DNA from: Yuukianura sp. NJ FZ-2021
Taxonomy: Eukaryota
DNA length: 64,000 nt
Assembly: GCA_046563655.1 (NCBI GenBank)
Contig: CM102290.1
Location: forward strand, 13,702,001-13,766,000
Direction of reading: 5' to 3'
Below the pieces are notes generated by a model, which ran no database searches, was not told the origin of the DNA, and was given only the letters and a program-made list of their open reading frames with translations. The translations under genes were made by a program, and so were the position numbers. Of the stretch, positions 24,369 through 36,774 are shown one piece after another (the first letter of the stretch is position 1; each line of letters starts with the position of its first letter).

Positions 24369-27300
24369 CTAAATGATTTCATTTTGATAAACAGTGCATT
24401 CTGGGAGGTCATCGTCCCAACTACAAATGCTTACAGTGGAATTCCGTGGTGTACTCTGCGGAGTTTCAATAAATTCTGGAGCACGAATCACGTGAAGGTA
24501 TTCCTGGAACCAAGTAGTGAAGTGCAATTTTTAAGTTCAAAATTAGTATTTGGCATTACATAATATGATTAATAATTTACAATTCCCCGGGAAGCTTCAA
24601 GAATACGGTGAAGGTCAATCACGAGGTCATCGAACGTTGGGCGTGCAGCGGACATCTCATGCCAACAATCTCTCATGATCAAATACCTTCCAAATTAATC
24701 AGTCCATATTTACTCTAGGTATATTTTCAATTTTGGGTTGAAGTAAGCGTGGGCTCCCCTCCTGTACCCACTTGTTCAAGTTTTCATGCTTCTCTAAATA
24801 TACCTATCGGATGGGTACATTTGTAACCACCACATTCCAAGACAGTAAATGTACCCATCCGATGGGTAGAATTAGAGTAGCACGAAAAATTTGAACGGCT
24901 GGGTACAGGCGGGAAGTCCAAGTTTATTTCAACCTAATTTTGTGTTTAAAAATATTTGGCGCCTTACAGGTCCGTTGGGCAGTTTGCAGGTTGTTCCATA
25001 CGTTCACCACTATTTAGTAGGTCAAGGAGCTTGTTCACGTCTGGCAAAGAAGGATAAGGTGACCCGCCCAAGGTCACGATTTCCCACAGCACAATTCCAA
25101 ACGACCATCTAAACAAAATCTTGACTTCATTTGAAAAACAGACAAGTTTAATACGCATGCGTGTACAGTTGGACTTACACGTCTGACTGTGACGTGTAGA
25201 TGCGATGGAGCAGTGTTTCTGGAGCCATCCATTTTATCGGAACGCGACCGTCACTCTTTTTCCTGTAGTAGTCGCAGGTCATGGTGCGTGCCATGCCGAA
25301 GTCAGCGATTTTGACAACCTTGCCAGCACAAACCAAGATGTTTCTAGCCGCCAGGTCACGGTGGACATACTGAAGTATCAGTAACAAGTATCAGTTCATT
25401 ACGGTTTTACATTAACAGAAAACAAGGTTCCTTGACAATAAAAAGGTAATTTTCTTTAACAGGTTAAGTATTACCTCAATTGTTGACAAAAAATGAAAAT
25501 CCAAATCCAAAAAAACTGTTACCAATTCGTATGAAAAATTTAAAAAACTCGGCTGTATTATGACTATGATACCCTGAAATTACAGACACTCCTTTTTGCA
25601 AAATTCGAAAAAAAAAAAAAACATGAGGTATTACTCAACCTGTTAAAGTAAATTAAAGTCAACAAACCTTGACCAGAAAATACGGATAATTTTGTTGGTA
25701 CCTTTTTGGCACTTAGGTGACTCATTCCCTTGGCAACTTGGTAGGCAAAGGACATCAGGTCTGAGAAATTCAGAGATTCGTGTTCGTCCGTAACCATGGC
25801 AACATCATCTGCCTCTGCTCCGGAACTTTGTCTATTCAGTACAAATTGGAGTCTTTTGCGACGAAGATAGTCACGCAGATTCCCTTCGGCAGCATACTCC
25901 ATCAACACCAGCAGTTCACCGCCAGTACTGCAGCATCCCAGCAGCTCAATCACATTCCCATGTTTACCAATTTCTTTCATAATTTCCATTTCGGACAGAA
26001 GATCAATCAAGTCATCATCCGTATGTGTCTCTATCACGTAGTGTCATTTAAAAAAAAGAAGTTCATTTTTACCATTTATTGCTATGTATGCCAAGCAGTG
26101 TTCCCGGTTTCGGTCACTTTTTCCAATTTTGGTCCGAAATGTACGAATGCTTTCGGACGGACGATCGAAATGTCCAGTGACTGAAACCGGTAACGCTGTT
26201 GACATGGTTTTACCCAAAGTTCGTAAACAAAAAAAAAACTTTTTCTACACCAGGTTGTCCAATAGCTGGAAGTTTTAAAATTTGTTTGGCAAAAATCTGT
26301 CTTGCTATGGTAATTTTTTGCATGTAAATGGGATTGGTGCAGAAAGTTGTTTGAAGTAAGATTTTTGGAAACCCTGAGGCATTGGACAACCTGTTGTAGG
26401 AAATACATTTTGTTGTATTTTGGTTATCAAGGAACCTTGGTTTTACCTTTGAGTGATTTGACGGCCACAGTCGTTTGTAGTCCAGGTTCCAGAATTCCAG
26501 TGGCAATTCCAAGGTGGACTTGGCCGAATGCTCCTTCACCCAACTTCTGACTGACGACGAGACATGTTCGGTCAAACTCCCAAGCCAAATCGGCTGGAAA
26601 GTAGTACTCGGGGCCATCGTCGTCCATTTGATAGTTTTTGATTGTAACCGTCGGAGGAGACATCTAGAAGGAAGAATTTTAGAATATCAAAATTTTTTTT
26701 TAAAATTTGGTCGATATTTCGAAAAGATATTGACCAAGCCAATAATTTTTCGAGTTGCACAAATTGAAAGTGTTACCGTAAAACCGTCGTCACTTTTTAC
26801 TTCAATTCGCTCAATTGTTACGACTTTTGTCCAGCGCTCGGGTTTTCTCATTTCGTCCAAAATAGCATCCCTGGAAAGAAATGAAAAAAAAAAGTTGTAT
26901 TAATTTTTTTTTTAAATTTTCTAAACTGTTTTAAATTACTCTCTGGATCTTCGGCGACTGTCCAGTACAAACCACCACCCAAATAAAAGTGCCACAATTA
27001 GCACAATGGCCACCGTAGAACCAACTACTGGAACAAGAATTTTTGAAAGAAGAGTCGAATTTCTGTTGACCTCTGCAATTAGTAGTCCAAAGTGACCAAA
27101 ATAATTCAAAATCTGCTTTCGAGTGCTTTCTCCAAAACTTTTTAGCTTACTCCGCTGGACAACTTTGAGGTAGAAAGTGGCAGTGGCTCTTCCGACGCTG
27201 TTTCCAACTATGCAGCTATACCAACCCTCGTCAGATGTCGTAACTTTCTCCAGTCGCAGAATGTTACCAGTGTCGTCACCGGTTGCATTGGCACGAGACT

Positions 27301-29173
27301 TTTCGAAAAAAACATGATTAATTGACTTTTAATAAAAATAAAAAATATCGTAACAAATAAAAAAAATCGGTGAGACAGACAGACAAAGCCGTATCAATAG
27401 TCTCCACAAGACTAAAATTTCGCAGAAAATCAAAAATTCAAAATTTCGAAAATGAAAATATCGTACCTTGATGGTAGTTACGTTTTCATAGTTTGAGTCA
27501 TCATGTCTCATCCACTCAACCATGTACTCTGGATCACTCAAAATGGACAATCGAAACTCAATGTCGTCTCCCATGCTGACAGTTGTATTTTCCGGACCAT
27601 CCACAATGACCGGCTTGGTGTAAGTTCTTGCTAAAGTGTCAAAATGACAACATTATGAATTAGGATAGTTGAAGATGACATGGATTAAGTGTGCTAACGT
27701 GCGACATCCAAGCGGATAGAGTAGTCCAGAGTCCCTGCGACATTGGTCATGCGACAGACATAGGTCCCTTGGTCCTCTGTCCCCAAGTCCTCAATTACCA
27801 AAGCACTTGGCTGTACTTTATGGCGGTAATTGGGCCTCAGCTCAGCCCCATCCTTCAACCAAAGGACTTCCGGCCTTGGATTCCCTAGGAACACACAAAT
27901 TTATGGTGTACTTAAGGGCTCCGTACTTGTCCAGTTGACACTTCCTTGGAGACAGTCCTATGTGTCTTCGACTGGTCCCAGCGGAGCTGGAAGTTGGTGC
28001 AGTCAGGGGTGTGCATCCGTCACCGTTTTCGGATTTTGACGGATTTTGATTAAGAATTCCGGATTTTGGATTTTGACGGATTGTGATTAAGAAATCCGGA
28101 TTTCGGATTTTGGCAGATTTTTATTTTTTATAATAGATTTAGGTAATAGATTTTTATTAAATCCAGATGTAGATCCTATGGGAAATTCATAGCGGATTTC
28201 AGAATGCATAGCATTTCCCATCAAATTTTTTTTTAGTTTTTCAATTTCAAAATTTTCGAAACAATGTCGGTTTTAAACATTTTGCAGTTCTCGACGTCAA
28301 TTTTTCAATTGTCCGCACCTTGACCAAAAATCCGTCAAATCCGGATTCCATTTCATTGAAATCCGGATTTGGAAGAATCCGAATCCGTCAAAAATCCGGA
28401 ACAAAAATCCGGATTCACACCCCTAACAGTGTGCTGTTACCTTTGGCGTGACAAAAAAGCATGGCAGTTCCCCCAACGTATTTGAGAATAAAGTGAGACA
28501 TCTCCTTTGTGTTATTCAAGTCGACGCAAATGTATGAGTCGTGTCTGGGATCCGATAAGTCACTTTCCACGACAGCACAGGAAGTGGCTCCCTCCAGCAC
28601 TTTCTCTTCCTCCTCAGCCTCGTCGTAGTCCATGAGAAGATGTTGTGCATTTTTTAAACGCTTATCTCCGACGTCGATTCGAATCTGCCTAGTGAAGCTC
28701 CTCCAGCGACATTCATATGTTCCACTCTGTTCCAGCTTCGCTCCAATGAGCATCAAGCTGCAAATCAACATTTAGGCATAGATGGACAATCAAAGGTAGA
28801 GACATAAGCCAAGTGACAAAAGAAAGGTCAAAGGTCAATTCTTTTACTTGGAATTTGATAGGCGAGTGGAGCCGGTGCTTTTCTTCAAGCGAATTCCATC
28901 TTTGAACCATTGGATTTTCGTGTTTGGTCCAAATTCATTTAAAGCTCCACAACTGACTTTCACCGTCTCTCCTTCTGTTATGTTCAAATGGATTGGCCCT
29001 TGGTCATCCAAATCTAACAAAGCAAATTATGAAAAATATTTGAACAAAAATTTTGAAAAAATGAAAATTCAAAAAATATACTCACCTATAACAAAGTCCG
29101 GAATAACAGCTGCACTTGTGTAGAAAATTGAATTCAAAGAAATCAAAATGACACTCAAAACCAACTTTTTCAT
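24369..29173 (-). CDS. FGFR: Fibroblast growth factor receptor (3 Ig domains, acid box, TM, split tyrosine kinase), ~804 aa, 14 exons
   Basis: Exons 29173-29086, 29013-28848, 28757-28441, 27884-27699, 27630-27467, 27298-27151, 27072-26940, 26870-26777, 26663-26447, 26030-25702, 25369-25179, 25108-24968, 24686-24581, 24503-24369 join in frame (2415 nt, all GT-AG). Features: signal peptide [21 protein letters not shown], acid box [106 protein letters not shown]-terminal EYL. Confidence 0.95.
24737..24933. mobile_element. Hairpin MITE in FGFR intron 12
   Basis: ~85-bp imperfect inverted arms (tcggatgggtacattt / aaatgtacccatccga core). Confidence 0.75.
25423..25671 (-). mobile_element. CAAGG MITE family A in FGFR intron 10
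   Basis: Same termini as 13002-13634; 9-bp TSD aacagaaaa/accagaaaa. Confidence 0.9.
26215..26439. mobile_element. CAAGG MITE family B in FGFR intron 9
   Basis: Perfect 8-bp TSD gttttacc (26207-26214, 26440-26447), which includes the exon 9 splice donor. Confidence 0.9.
28004..28425. mobile_element. TIR element with CGGATT subrepeats in FGFR intron 3
   Basis: caggggtgtgcatccg...cggattcacaccccta; many cggatt on the left and aatccg on the right. Confidence 0.75.
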
Positions 29174-31263
29174 GATAAAGTTTAGCTAAAGTGGATGCAT
29201 TTAAATTTAAACATAAAAAACGATAAAGTTGATACTAAAAATTTGCAACAAAAATTAAAATGAAGATCAAAAGTCAATGTATTCCTGAGAAACGCAGAAA
29301 AGTGCTGGAGTTGGCCTGAAAGTGACTAAAATTCAGTTTCAAAATTTAGATTTCTTGTCGTGAATCCTTTTGATTTTGCAACAGTTATCCAGATGGAAAT
29401 CTTAACTCTACGGATGTGACTTTACAATAAACTACACATGCATGAGTATCAAATTCCTTTTGACACTTGTAAAAACGACGTCTTCAAACATGGTTGAAAA
29501 TATTTTGAAGTTTGAAGTTTAAATAAAAAATGTGTCCAAAAAACATCAAAGCAAAAAATGAGAATTTCTTTGAAACTCGCCATTTGTCCATTCAAACGAC
29601 TTTTTTTTGAACTTCCGCTCTCGTCAAGTGTTGGACAAAAAGTGAGGAATACTTGAGCAAAGAAGTACAAAAAAGTACAAGTTCTCTTCACTTTGAATGA
29701 CTTTTCAATGGCTACAACACCAACATCTAAGTAAATTGAAATTTTGAATTTTGTTGTTTTTTGGCAGATGGAAATTTTTTGTTTGTGTGCAAATCTGTAC
29801 ATTTTCTAAAAAACATTATGGTTTGAAACGAAATGTGTAATTTGTATTGTCCCTTGTCACTTGCGTGACCAATCTTACAACACTCTCAGCTCCAATATCA
29901 AATATTGTTGGTCCAAAACGGAGAAAGTTGTGTGGTTTTAGCATGTACTACTTACGTACAACATAAAACGACGCCTTTGGGATTTTCTCTGCTGGTTCCT
30001 CTTTAATGAATTTGGGCTTGTGCCTCCTCAATTCTATCCTTTGATGAAACAAAGCAGACTATGGTCGAGTAGCACCGGAAAGAGGACCTCCTCAAATTCT
30101 CGCGTGCTGAGGACTTTACACTTTCCACGGTTCTTTTTTTTTCTGTCTACCACTCCGTTCGATTCTACAAATTATGTGGACCATTGAGTTCTGAAATGAA
30201 GATTTCCTCAAGTCCTCGTCTTCTGAGGACTTGACAGTTTCTGTCATTCGTTTTTCATGTCTAGCATAAAACTATGACCATGATACATTAGACTTTAAGC
30301 TAACATAAACAAAAACACATGTTCCTTCCATATATTATGTACTCTTTTGAGTACTAAAATGAGGATATCCTCAAACCATTATCTTCTGCGGACTTGGAAA
30401 TTTCCGCCGTTCGTTTTCTTATCCCATATATTACCACCTCCTGTTCCGGTTTGAGTAAACATTGTGTACTCATTGTGGTACTGAAATGAGGACATCCTCA
30501 AAGAGGGCCACGTGAACCCTGTAACTGTGAGACCCTGTGGTGGTATTTTATTAGTGGGAGGATCTCCAAGTGTGGATTGGATGACGAGGTTTTATGATCC
30601 AATGTGGTTGGCCTTTGGGAGACTGTAATTGCTTTCTCCTTCGGCAGAAGATGAGGAATTAGTTGTGGGTTGCCTGATGATGTTGGGGTATGGGCAAAAG
30701 AGTTCCAAGCGGATATCACACCCACGACCATCCAAAATCAGCGGAAGTAACTCCAGTGGGAGCCGTTTGTGGCGCAGCTCCAAACTGTCGGCGGTTTCGG
30801 ACATTAGCAGCAAGCAGTCTGATTTCAAAGGCGAGGAAATGGAGTTGTTTGAACTTTTTTTTGAAATTTTGATGAAGCTGGTTGTGTGTGTGGGTGGAAG
30901 CGGGACTGTTCGTGGAAGTTTGCTCTGCTCGTCACCCCCTTTGATAGTTGGGAATGAGAATCAGGGAGATCAGAGGAAGATTTGGATAGAATTGGGAAAG
31001 CAGGAACAAATAAGTTGGTTCTTCCCTGGAGAAAGCGAAAGAGAACAAAAGTAACCAGCACAATCAAGGACTTGTTTACCTTCATCCACTTTCACCCAAC
31101 TATTGTACAAGGTTCCTGGACTGTCATTATTTGGTCCATCCTTTGTCACTTCAGAAAACGAAATGTAGCAGTAGCCTTCCGGAAATGTCAGACATGTCGG
31201 GATTCCATTTCCAGAGATGAAATACGCAGCAAAAGATTTTTTTTGCTAAGCATTTGTCACAGG

Positions 31264-32091
31264 CAAGGTTTATTGACTCGATGTTTTTAACAGGTTGGGT
31301 AATTCTTCATGTTTTTCGATTTTGCAAGAAAAAAAAAGGGTTCCATGCCATTAGATCAAAAAAATTAGGTAAGCAGAATTGACGTCAGCAGAAAATAGGT
31401 AAGTTGAAATTAGGTAAGCAATGCATTTAGGTAAGCAATAGATTTAGGTAAGCAGAAAAGAGGTAAGTGGACAGTAGGTAAGCGGCATAATTAGGTAAGC
31501 AGGATTTACATCAGTCACGAAGGTGAAATTTTGAAAAAAGTTATTATTTATTTAGTGCTCAAATTTTGGTCGTTAGATAACATAATCACACCTTAACGAG
31601 GGCCCTCGAGACGGAATCAGTATCTCAAACGTTTGAAAACCTAACACCGCGCCTTCGGCGCGGGAAACTATAAAGTTAACCTAACGTAACGAGCAAACCC
31701 TAACCAAAGATTTTGCCTTCGTGACTTATGTAAATCCTGCTTACCTAATTATGCCGCTTACCTACTGTCCACTTACCTCTTTTCTGCTTACCTAAATCTA
31801 TTGCTTACCTAAATGCATTGCTTACCTAATTTCAACTTACCTATTTTCTGCTGACGTCAATTCTGCTTACCTAATTTTTTTGATCTAATGGCGTGCTACG
31901 AAAAAAAGTATCTTTTCATTTCGTGGCATCGTAGTCACAACAGTACAGTTCTTTTTTTAAATTTTACACACGAATTGGTACCAATTTTTCGGAGTGATAC
32001 TAATTTTTTTTTCTTCGTTTTTTTTTGTGAAGAAACGAGGTAGTACCCAACGTGTTACAGAAAATTAACTTTTTGTTGTCAGGGACCCTTG
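31264..32091 (+). mobile_element. CAAGG MITE family A interrupted by a foldback element
   Basis: Perfect 8-bp TSD gtcacagg (31256-31263, 32092-32099). Confidence 0.9.
31339..31900. mobile_element. Foldback (Mutator-like) element with ~185-bp near-perfect inverted arms carrying AGGTAAG subrepeats
   Basis: Arm 31344-31523 is the reverse complement of ~31716-31895; flanked by aaaaaaag on both sides. Superfamily assignment is tentative. Confidence 0.85.
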
Positions 32092-34378
32092 GTCACAGGT
32101 CCGGCCAAAATATGAATTTCAATTTTGATTTGATTTAAAAATTGACCCAGTTTTGTCCTCACTTTGGTCACGTTTCAACCCGAAACCGGGTAAAAATGGG
32201 ATTGATAAATAGGAAATTGGAATTGATTTTGTAATTCAGACGTGTGAGTTTATCATTTGGCTTTGGCCAGTCTCCCTCAATGTAACAGTAGAGTTGTTCT
32301 AAGGGAATTTGAGACTTTTTTGTTTACTTTGGCCCTTTGTTTGGTCTTCGTTTTGTAGAGTTTGAACCATCTACTTTCAATCTGGTTCAGTGTGAGGTTG
32401 GGAATGCGGTTTGGAGATTCATTGTGGAGAGAAAGCCATTCACTCCCGTTTTCCATTGTTTATCTCCGGGGATTTCCATTCAGTGGAGGCTAATGGGATT
32501 CTCACCCGCCATCTCCTTCCGTCGTCATTGTGTCTTGTCAATGGAAATCAAATGGTTCATTTACTTGGGACAGAGAGGTCCTCTAATCCCCCGAATTCAA
32601 AAAGTCTCTTAGAATCCCGCCACCCGACCAAAAGGAACTTAAGCAACAACCCATGACACCCAAACCCCCATTTTACACTTTTCACAATGTCTCAAGCACA
32701 TTAACTCTGTTTCCACTTTCCCTACTCTTGGAAAGTATTCTGGAGGAACGATAAAGAAATGGGTTTTTCTAATTTAGCCACTTAAACAAGCAGAAGTTGC
32801 ACAAAATGAGCTAATTCCACTCTAATTTTCATTCTATGGGGCAATTCCACGAAAGCCAAACACTCCTAATTACAAAACTTGTTTATTTTGGTTAACAAAA
32901 ATGAACCAACTTAAGTACTGTGTTACGCAACATGAATTGAGGGGAGAGTTGGACGAAATATTGTTATTCTTAAGTTACGCAAATCGGATTTCAACTATCG
33001 TTCTATTTTAACTCAGAAATTTTACTTTCTCCTTTACAAGTCAAAAACCGAGTTATAAAGATTTCAAAGTAAAAAAAAAAGATTTGTATGAGAATTTTTT
33101 GGATGCGTGCTGGGGCTTCGCCTCAGATCTGCTCGACCATACAATTTACATTTTATTATACTTTTTTTCCAAGTACTTCTTACACCTAACCTTAACTCAA
33201 AAAATTTCACCTTATGCCACTGGTGCTAACTAGCACTTAAACGAAAAATCTCATATTCTCAATGGACATTTCTAGTATATTGCAGTGCCAACTTGAGCGC
33301 ACACGCAAACAACATTATTTCAGTAGTAATTATGGTGTTGCTAAGGACATTGACGGGTATATGGGAAGAATAAGAAAATTTTGTTGATTTCCAAAAAAGA
33401 ATTGAGAATAAACAAATAAATTGGTAACAATGCAGAGGCGGACTTACATGTTCACATTAGTATTGCAGATAGATCTGTCACAGGATCTGTTACGTAAGAT
33501 ACTTTTTTAAACTTGACTTGGTTTCAAAGGAGTCGTGAACGTAATCCCAGACTCGACTTGAGTCAAAATCCTCTGACACCTCGCTCGACTCTTAGCATGT
33601 ACAAAGTGTGTTCATTTACTATTTTTTGACAGCACACAAGGACTTGAGTGTGAAAGTACTAAGCTGGATTTTGTAGAGCACCAAAGTTTGGTTGAGGCTT
33701 AAGTCTCTTAGTTTTCAATTTGGACTGGTGCACCAAGTCCAACTGCCAAAGCTCCACAAAACTTTTAAATATATTTGAGTAGTAGGTTGCTAGGAAACGA
33801 TTGAGAGTTGTAAATGCTTTCTCCAAAGTGGAGATCCATGCTGCCGCTTATCCACGTCCTCCTCTCCATGCAGTAAAAGTTCACTTCGACTGGCCCTCAC
33901 TATCAACTCAATTGATTTTTACGTTACGACGTCCTAAATGTCTCTTTTTATTTCCGCCTCTTTTTCAAAAAAGAAAAAAGAAAGCGTGAGAAAGTGCACG
34001 GATTTTTTTTATTCCGGTTCAAATGAAAAGAAATTCGGTGAATTCTTGTGCCATTGAAAAGCGGAGTTTGAATGCTGCAACAGTCGATCCGTTTTGCCTC
34101 ACTCCATAATTGAAAACCAATGTCATCACATTCTTACATCAACACAAAAGTGCTTTTTCCTCAAGCACTTCCGAAAACATTCAACAGCTCCTACTTACTC
34201 ACAAGCACAAAATTTTGGCTATTCTATACAAATTAACTCAGTTTTATTCTGGATTCAAAAAGCCCAACAAAGCCCTAAAAATCTCAACCGGATATCCCTC
34301 CTTTTTTTTTTAATTTCATATAATAAAAAAGTCAAAGATAGCATAATCTGAATTTTTTGTTGTGCGTTTCCTTTATTA

Positions 34379-34609
34379 CAAGGTTGATAAACAAAAAAAT
34401 ACATTTCGTTTAACAGGTTAGCCAATAACTCCAGTTTTGAATTTTTTTGAGGTGAATTTGAAACAAATCTGTCAACGGAAACTGTTTTTTTTTTCGTAAA
34501 CGAGATTGGTTCCAAACTGGTTCTAGTTTTTGTTTTTTGGAAACTTTTTCCAAAGATGGTCTTATTGCCTAAACTGTTAAAAAAACTATTTCGTCGTCAA
34601 GACACCTTG
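34379..34609. mobile_element. CAAGG MITE family D
   Basis: caaggttgat...gacaccttg; similar to 39185-39472. Confidence 0.8.
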
Positions 34610-36535
34610 CTTTTTTACTTAAAACTGAACAGACAAATCTGCGATCTGTGAGATTTTTGCAGCAGAGGCTTCTTGTCACAAGCGCGTAAGGCACAAAAAT
34701 CGTGCAGATTCGCAGTTCGGTGATGCAGAAGAACAAATTGGACTTTGAGAAATGATGAGTCTATGGTTCGTGGTCAGCGTGGTAAGGCGACACCATTACC
34801 AAGGCAACTCTCAGTTTCTGTCGACCTTGTCTGGTCATAAGTCCATTGTGTCTGGACATGAGAGAAAGTCGAGTCAGATACAATTACCTCATTTCTATTC
34901 TTCGCTCCAGTGGAACTGAAAAATCCAAGTCGATTACATGAGCTTTCCGTTTACTTTAATGGTCATTTTCAGAGTTATTTCTGGATATCAGCAGGAGACG
35001 TAGTTTGGTTTTCCATGGCTTCATTTGTACAAAAAAAAAGAGAAAACTACACTTCGTTTCGAAAATCTGACGAAAGTGTTGCTAAAAATTCAATAAAAAA
35101 ATGTAGTGAACATTTTATTTCTTCGTACAAAGATATCAATTTACTTTAGTTTCGATTTTCTCTTTTGAAATTCGGATAAGAATGACAATTTTGAACTCGA
35201 TAGCTGAAAACTTTCTTAAACTTGTGAACAGTACTGTAACTTTCCAAATGCTCATTGCTTAAAGATGACTTTGGTGCTTTCTTATGGAATTCAAAAGGCA
35301 ATACCAGCGTGCTCAAAATTTTTTTCATTTTCATTCAGCCATCGTGCAAATCCTTTACAAATCGACATCAAATCCAAAACTTCCATTATTTCGTTGAGCT
35401 CCAGCTAAAAATTCATGATTCTGACACATTCCTGAATCAATTTTTACATAAATTGCACATAAGTCAAAGTCTTGCTCATGTTTCGAAAGCATGAAAAAGT
35501 GAAAGTTTCAATTCAAACCAAATATTTTTTTTTCTATTTCACCATTTATTTTTGGAATTGAAAAACTTTTACCATTTTTTGTTTCACTGCTTTTTTTTTC
35601 TCCTGAAAACTTCATTTTCACTTTCTCCCACTTAATATTGGCGTCAACTTTTAAATTAATTGTGTTTTTTTAACAACTCAAGATGCAGGAAATTGAGAAA
35701 AATGAATTTGTACTTGAAGTAAACGAAGCAATTAAAAGTTGGCGGCTTGCCTATTGCTACTTTTAGACTAACAAAATTGAAAGTGAATCAAGGTGTACAT
35801 AAACACAAATGAGTTTCTTACTAACTAACTTAGAAAAAGTCATCAAGCTTTACATTTTTACAGTGTAAAAGCGAGACTCGGAATTGGAACGACGTGTCTA
35901 AAAAAAAGTTGTGAAAGTGATGGAGTTTCTCCAAATGAAATCTGTTCCAAAAATGGTTTTAATTTCCTAGCACGAACTAAATTTTTCATGTTGAAGCTCC
36001 TCAAATTAGTCTCTTTCAACTGTTTCTTCGCGACAGCTTTTACTTGCTATAAAAAATGAAATATGAAACTGAAACGTGGTTATTATAAGACACAGTAACA
36101 CAAAAAAAAATTTTTTTTAAACCTTTTAATAAAAGCGTAAAATAAAGTAAAAACGAGCACAACCACAGTAGATGTTTCTGTTTTTTGAAAACATGAAAGG
36201 TTTAGTTATACGAATCCATAAAAGTTTGTGGGAGAGGAGAAAGTCTGGAATTTGGAAGGCAGAGTCTGTGAGTCAAAAGAATGCAAGAGGCACTTTATCA
36301 CTTTCATTAGTTTCTTCCTACAGGAGAGAACTTTAAACTGATCATTTCCTTAATGTTGTTGGTAAGTTCTACAGAATCAAATCTATACCACAAGTTTAGG
36401 CTGGTGCGGTGGGCATCTAAGAACCTAATTTACCAAAGTTGCCATTGCCACTTTCCAACTTTACACTTAACCCAAATTGTTCAAAAAACCAACGTTTAAG
36501 CTCATCTCAGTTTTGAAGAAAACACAGTTTTTGTT

Positions 36536-36774
36536 CAAGGTTCCTTGACAACAAAAAGTTATTTCTTGACAGGTTGAGTACTACGTCGCTTGTGGAGAAA
36601 AAAATGAAAAAAAAAAGAAAAAAAAATTGGTACCAATTCGTGAGTAAAATTTAAAAACTTCGGCTGTATTGTTATGACTACGATCCCTGCAAATGAAAGG
36701 ACGCTTTTTTTAATAAAAAAAAAACATGAGGTATTACTCAACCTGTCAGAGAAAATCAAAGTCAACAAACCTTG
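36536..36774 (-). mobile_element. CAAGG MITE family A
   Basis: caaggttccttgac...gtcaacaaaccttg with the conserved cggctgtattgttatgactacgat core. Confidence 0.88.

Noticed and set aside
27299..27466. Alternative IIIb/IIIc-type exon in FGFR Ig3
   Set aside because: The intron is only 168 bp and no second Ig3 half-exon is visible.
31365..31500. AGGTAAG repeats with variable spacers as a CRISPR array
   Set aside because: Repeats are ~8-10 bp with very short spacers and are mirrored in an inverted arm, so they are transposon subrepeats.
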